This document shows positions 39,776 through 40,620 of a stretch of DNA of 40,620 nt, piece after piece. The stretch's first letter is position 1. Every line of letters begins with the position of its first letter. Under the pieces are notes generated by a model. That model did not search any database, was not told the DNA's origin, and saw only the letters and a program-made list of their open reading frames with translations. Source of the DNA: an uncultured Chitinophagaceae bacterium (GTDB lineage: Bacteria > Planctomycetota > Planctomycetia > Pirellulales > UBA1268); assembly GCA_964555385.1 (NCBI GenBank), contig CAZKSP010000002.1, forward strand, positions 1 to 40,620, in the 5' to 3' direction. Position numbers and translations under genes: made by a program.

Positions 39776-40620
39776 CAAAAGCTTTGCTCCATCGGTTGAA
39801 TGGGCTGTGGTGGAATGTAACCGGGAAGTGTAGGGAGGTAATCACGAACAATTTTTTCCGACTCTATTGGCGTAACGTGCTCGACGGCTCCAAGCGTGTC
39901 AACGAGCAGCAACTCAAATGGTGGAGGGGGAACAAAGCCACGGCCGACCCGCTTCTTGTCAGCCAACTCCTGTTCGCCCACCTGATCAATGACGGTAAGA
40001 TCGGTTTCAACATCATGTGTTGGCGTAGAAAATCGCCAGCTTCCGATCCGTAGACGCTTCGACTCCTTTTTTATGCCAATCGGTTGGCCTCGTCGAATCT
40101 CGGTCGAGTGCAGTTCAAAGTTGCCCGAGTCAGGATTGACATCAATGACGATGGCTTCGTTGTCTCTGCCGCCAAGTCCAGCAAGCTTCTTGTCGTTGCT
40201 CGTTAGCATCCGAGTGAGAATGCGACTACGGCCGGGTACCCGAACGATGCCCCCGGTAGTGGAGAGGTCGGCTTCAGCCGGTTCGGACGCCAGCGTGACC
40301 ACGTCGACCTGTAAAGGATCTTCAAGATACCGCACCGGGAGCCCGACGTTGGGGTTCCAGAGTCGAATCGTTACTCGGTACCGGTAGGCTTTGCCAGGTT
40401 CGACGTCGGTGTCAAAAAACCGAAAAACTCTGTACTCAGGCGAGTTGATCAATCCTTCAGGGCCAGCGAGGGGATCATCAAAGCCAGACTCCATTCCAAA
40501 ATCCCCTGAACCTGAGTCTCCGGAAAAGTCACCCCCGGGGAAGCCGCTGAACCCACCGCTCATGCCTCCTGCGGATAGGCCACCGTCGGCCATGGGCAGG
40601 CCAGGCAAGCCGCCTTCCTG
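39775..40620 (-). CDS. C-terminal part of a larger hypothetical protein; the 5' end lies beyond the right edge
   Basis: The frame stays open to base 40620 (QEGGLPGLPMADGG...). A Gly/Ser/Phe/Asp low-complexity tract is followed by a beta-rich domain (YRVFRFFDTDVEPGKAYRYRVTIRLWNPN). Confidence 0.65.
   Translation of the reverse strand, partial: QEGGLPGLPMADGGLSAGGMSGGFSGFPGGDFSGDSGSGDFGMESGFDDPLAGPEGLINSPEYRVFRFFDTDVEPGKAYRYRVTIRLWNPNVGLPVRYLEDPLQVDVVTLASEPAEADLSTTGGIVRVPGRSRILTRMLTSNDKKLAGLGGRDNEAIVIDVNPDSGNFELHSTEIRRGQPIGIKKESKRLRIGSWRFSTPTHDVETDLTVIDQVGEQELADKKRVGRGFVPPPPFELLLVDTLGAVEHVTPIESEKIVRDYLPTLPGYIPPQPIQPMEQSF

Overview
Housekeeping-dominated chromosomal window, roughly 57-60% GC by eye, with about 34 protein genes on both strands and one tRNA. 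The gene content and style suggest a Planctomycetota-like genome (inference only). The cues are a DUF1844 protein, a planctomycete-style small basic protein, a stand-alone Hanks kinase, several secreted TPR/HEAT/low-complexity proteins, frequent GTG/TTG starts and almost no intrinsic terminators. Confident calls: gltB (5' 3.95 kb, cut by the left edge and therefore missing from the ORF track), a LysR regulator, efp divergent from epmB, a tandem USP, class I DAHP synthase, pyrG, a DUF1844 protein, folD, an MsbA-like ABC exporter, NUDIX, fabI, tRNA-Lys(CUU), a PIN-PhoH2 ATPase, rhaB, Fe-S type cysH, a SAM methyltransferase, hemY, tadA, gltA, a SurA-like PPIase, mfd and ilvB. I saw no rRNA, CRISPR array, transposase, integrase or recognisable defence or toxin-antitoxin cassette. 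I do not see a convincing novel multi-gene system and say so plainly. The best leads are four. (1) The tRNA-Lys-flanking segment has three 18-bp tandem repeats and a strongly promoted and terminated gene for a 124-aa Lys/Ala-rich protein, a candidate nucleoid-associated protein. (2) A minus-strand cluster holds a 4-TM protein, an untracked 55-aa coiled-coil ORF, a minimal kinase with an HRDVCPRN catalytic loop, and a small basic protein. (3) A 238-nt spacer carries a hairpin plus T6 only 20 nt before the ABC exporter start, together with a start/stop-overlapping 57-codon uORF. (4) A perfect 10-6-10 palindrome sits in the LysR divergent region. All homology statements come from motif recognition by eye; no searches were run.
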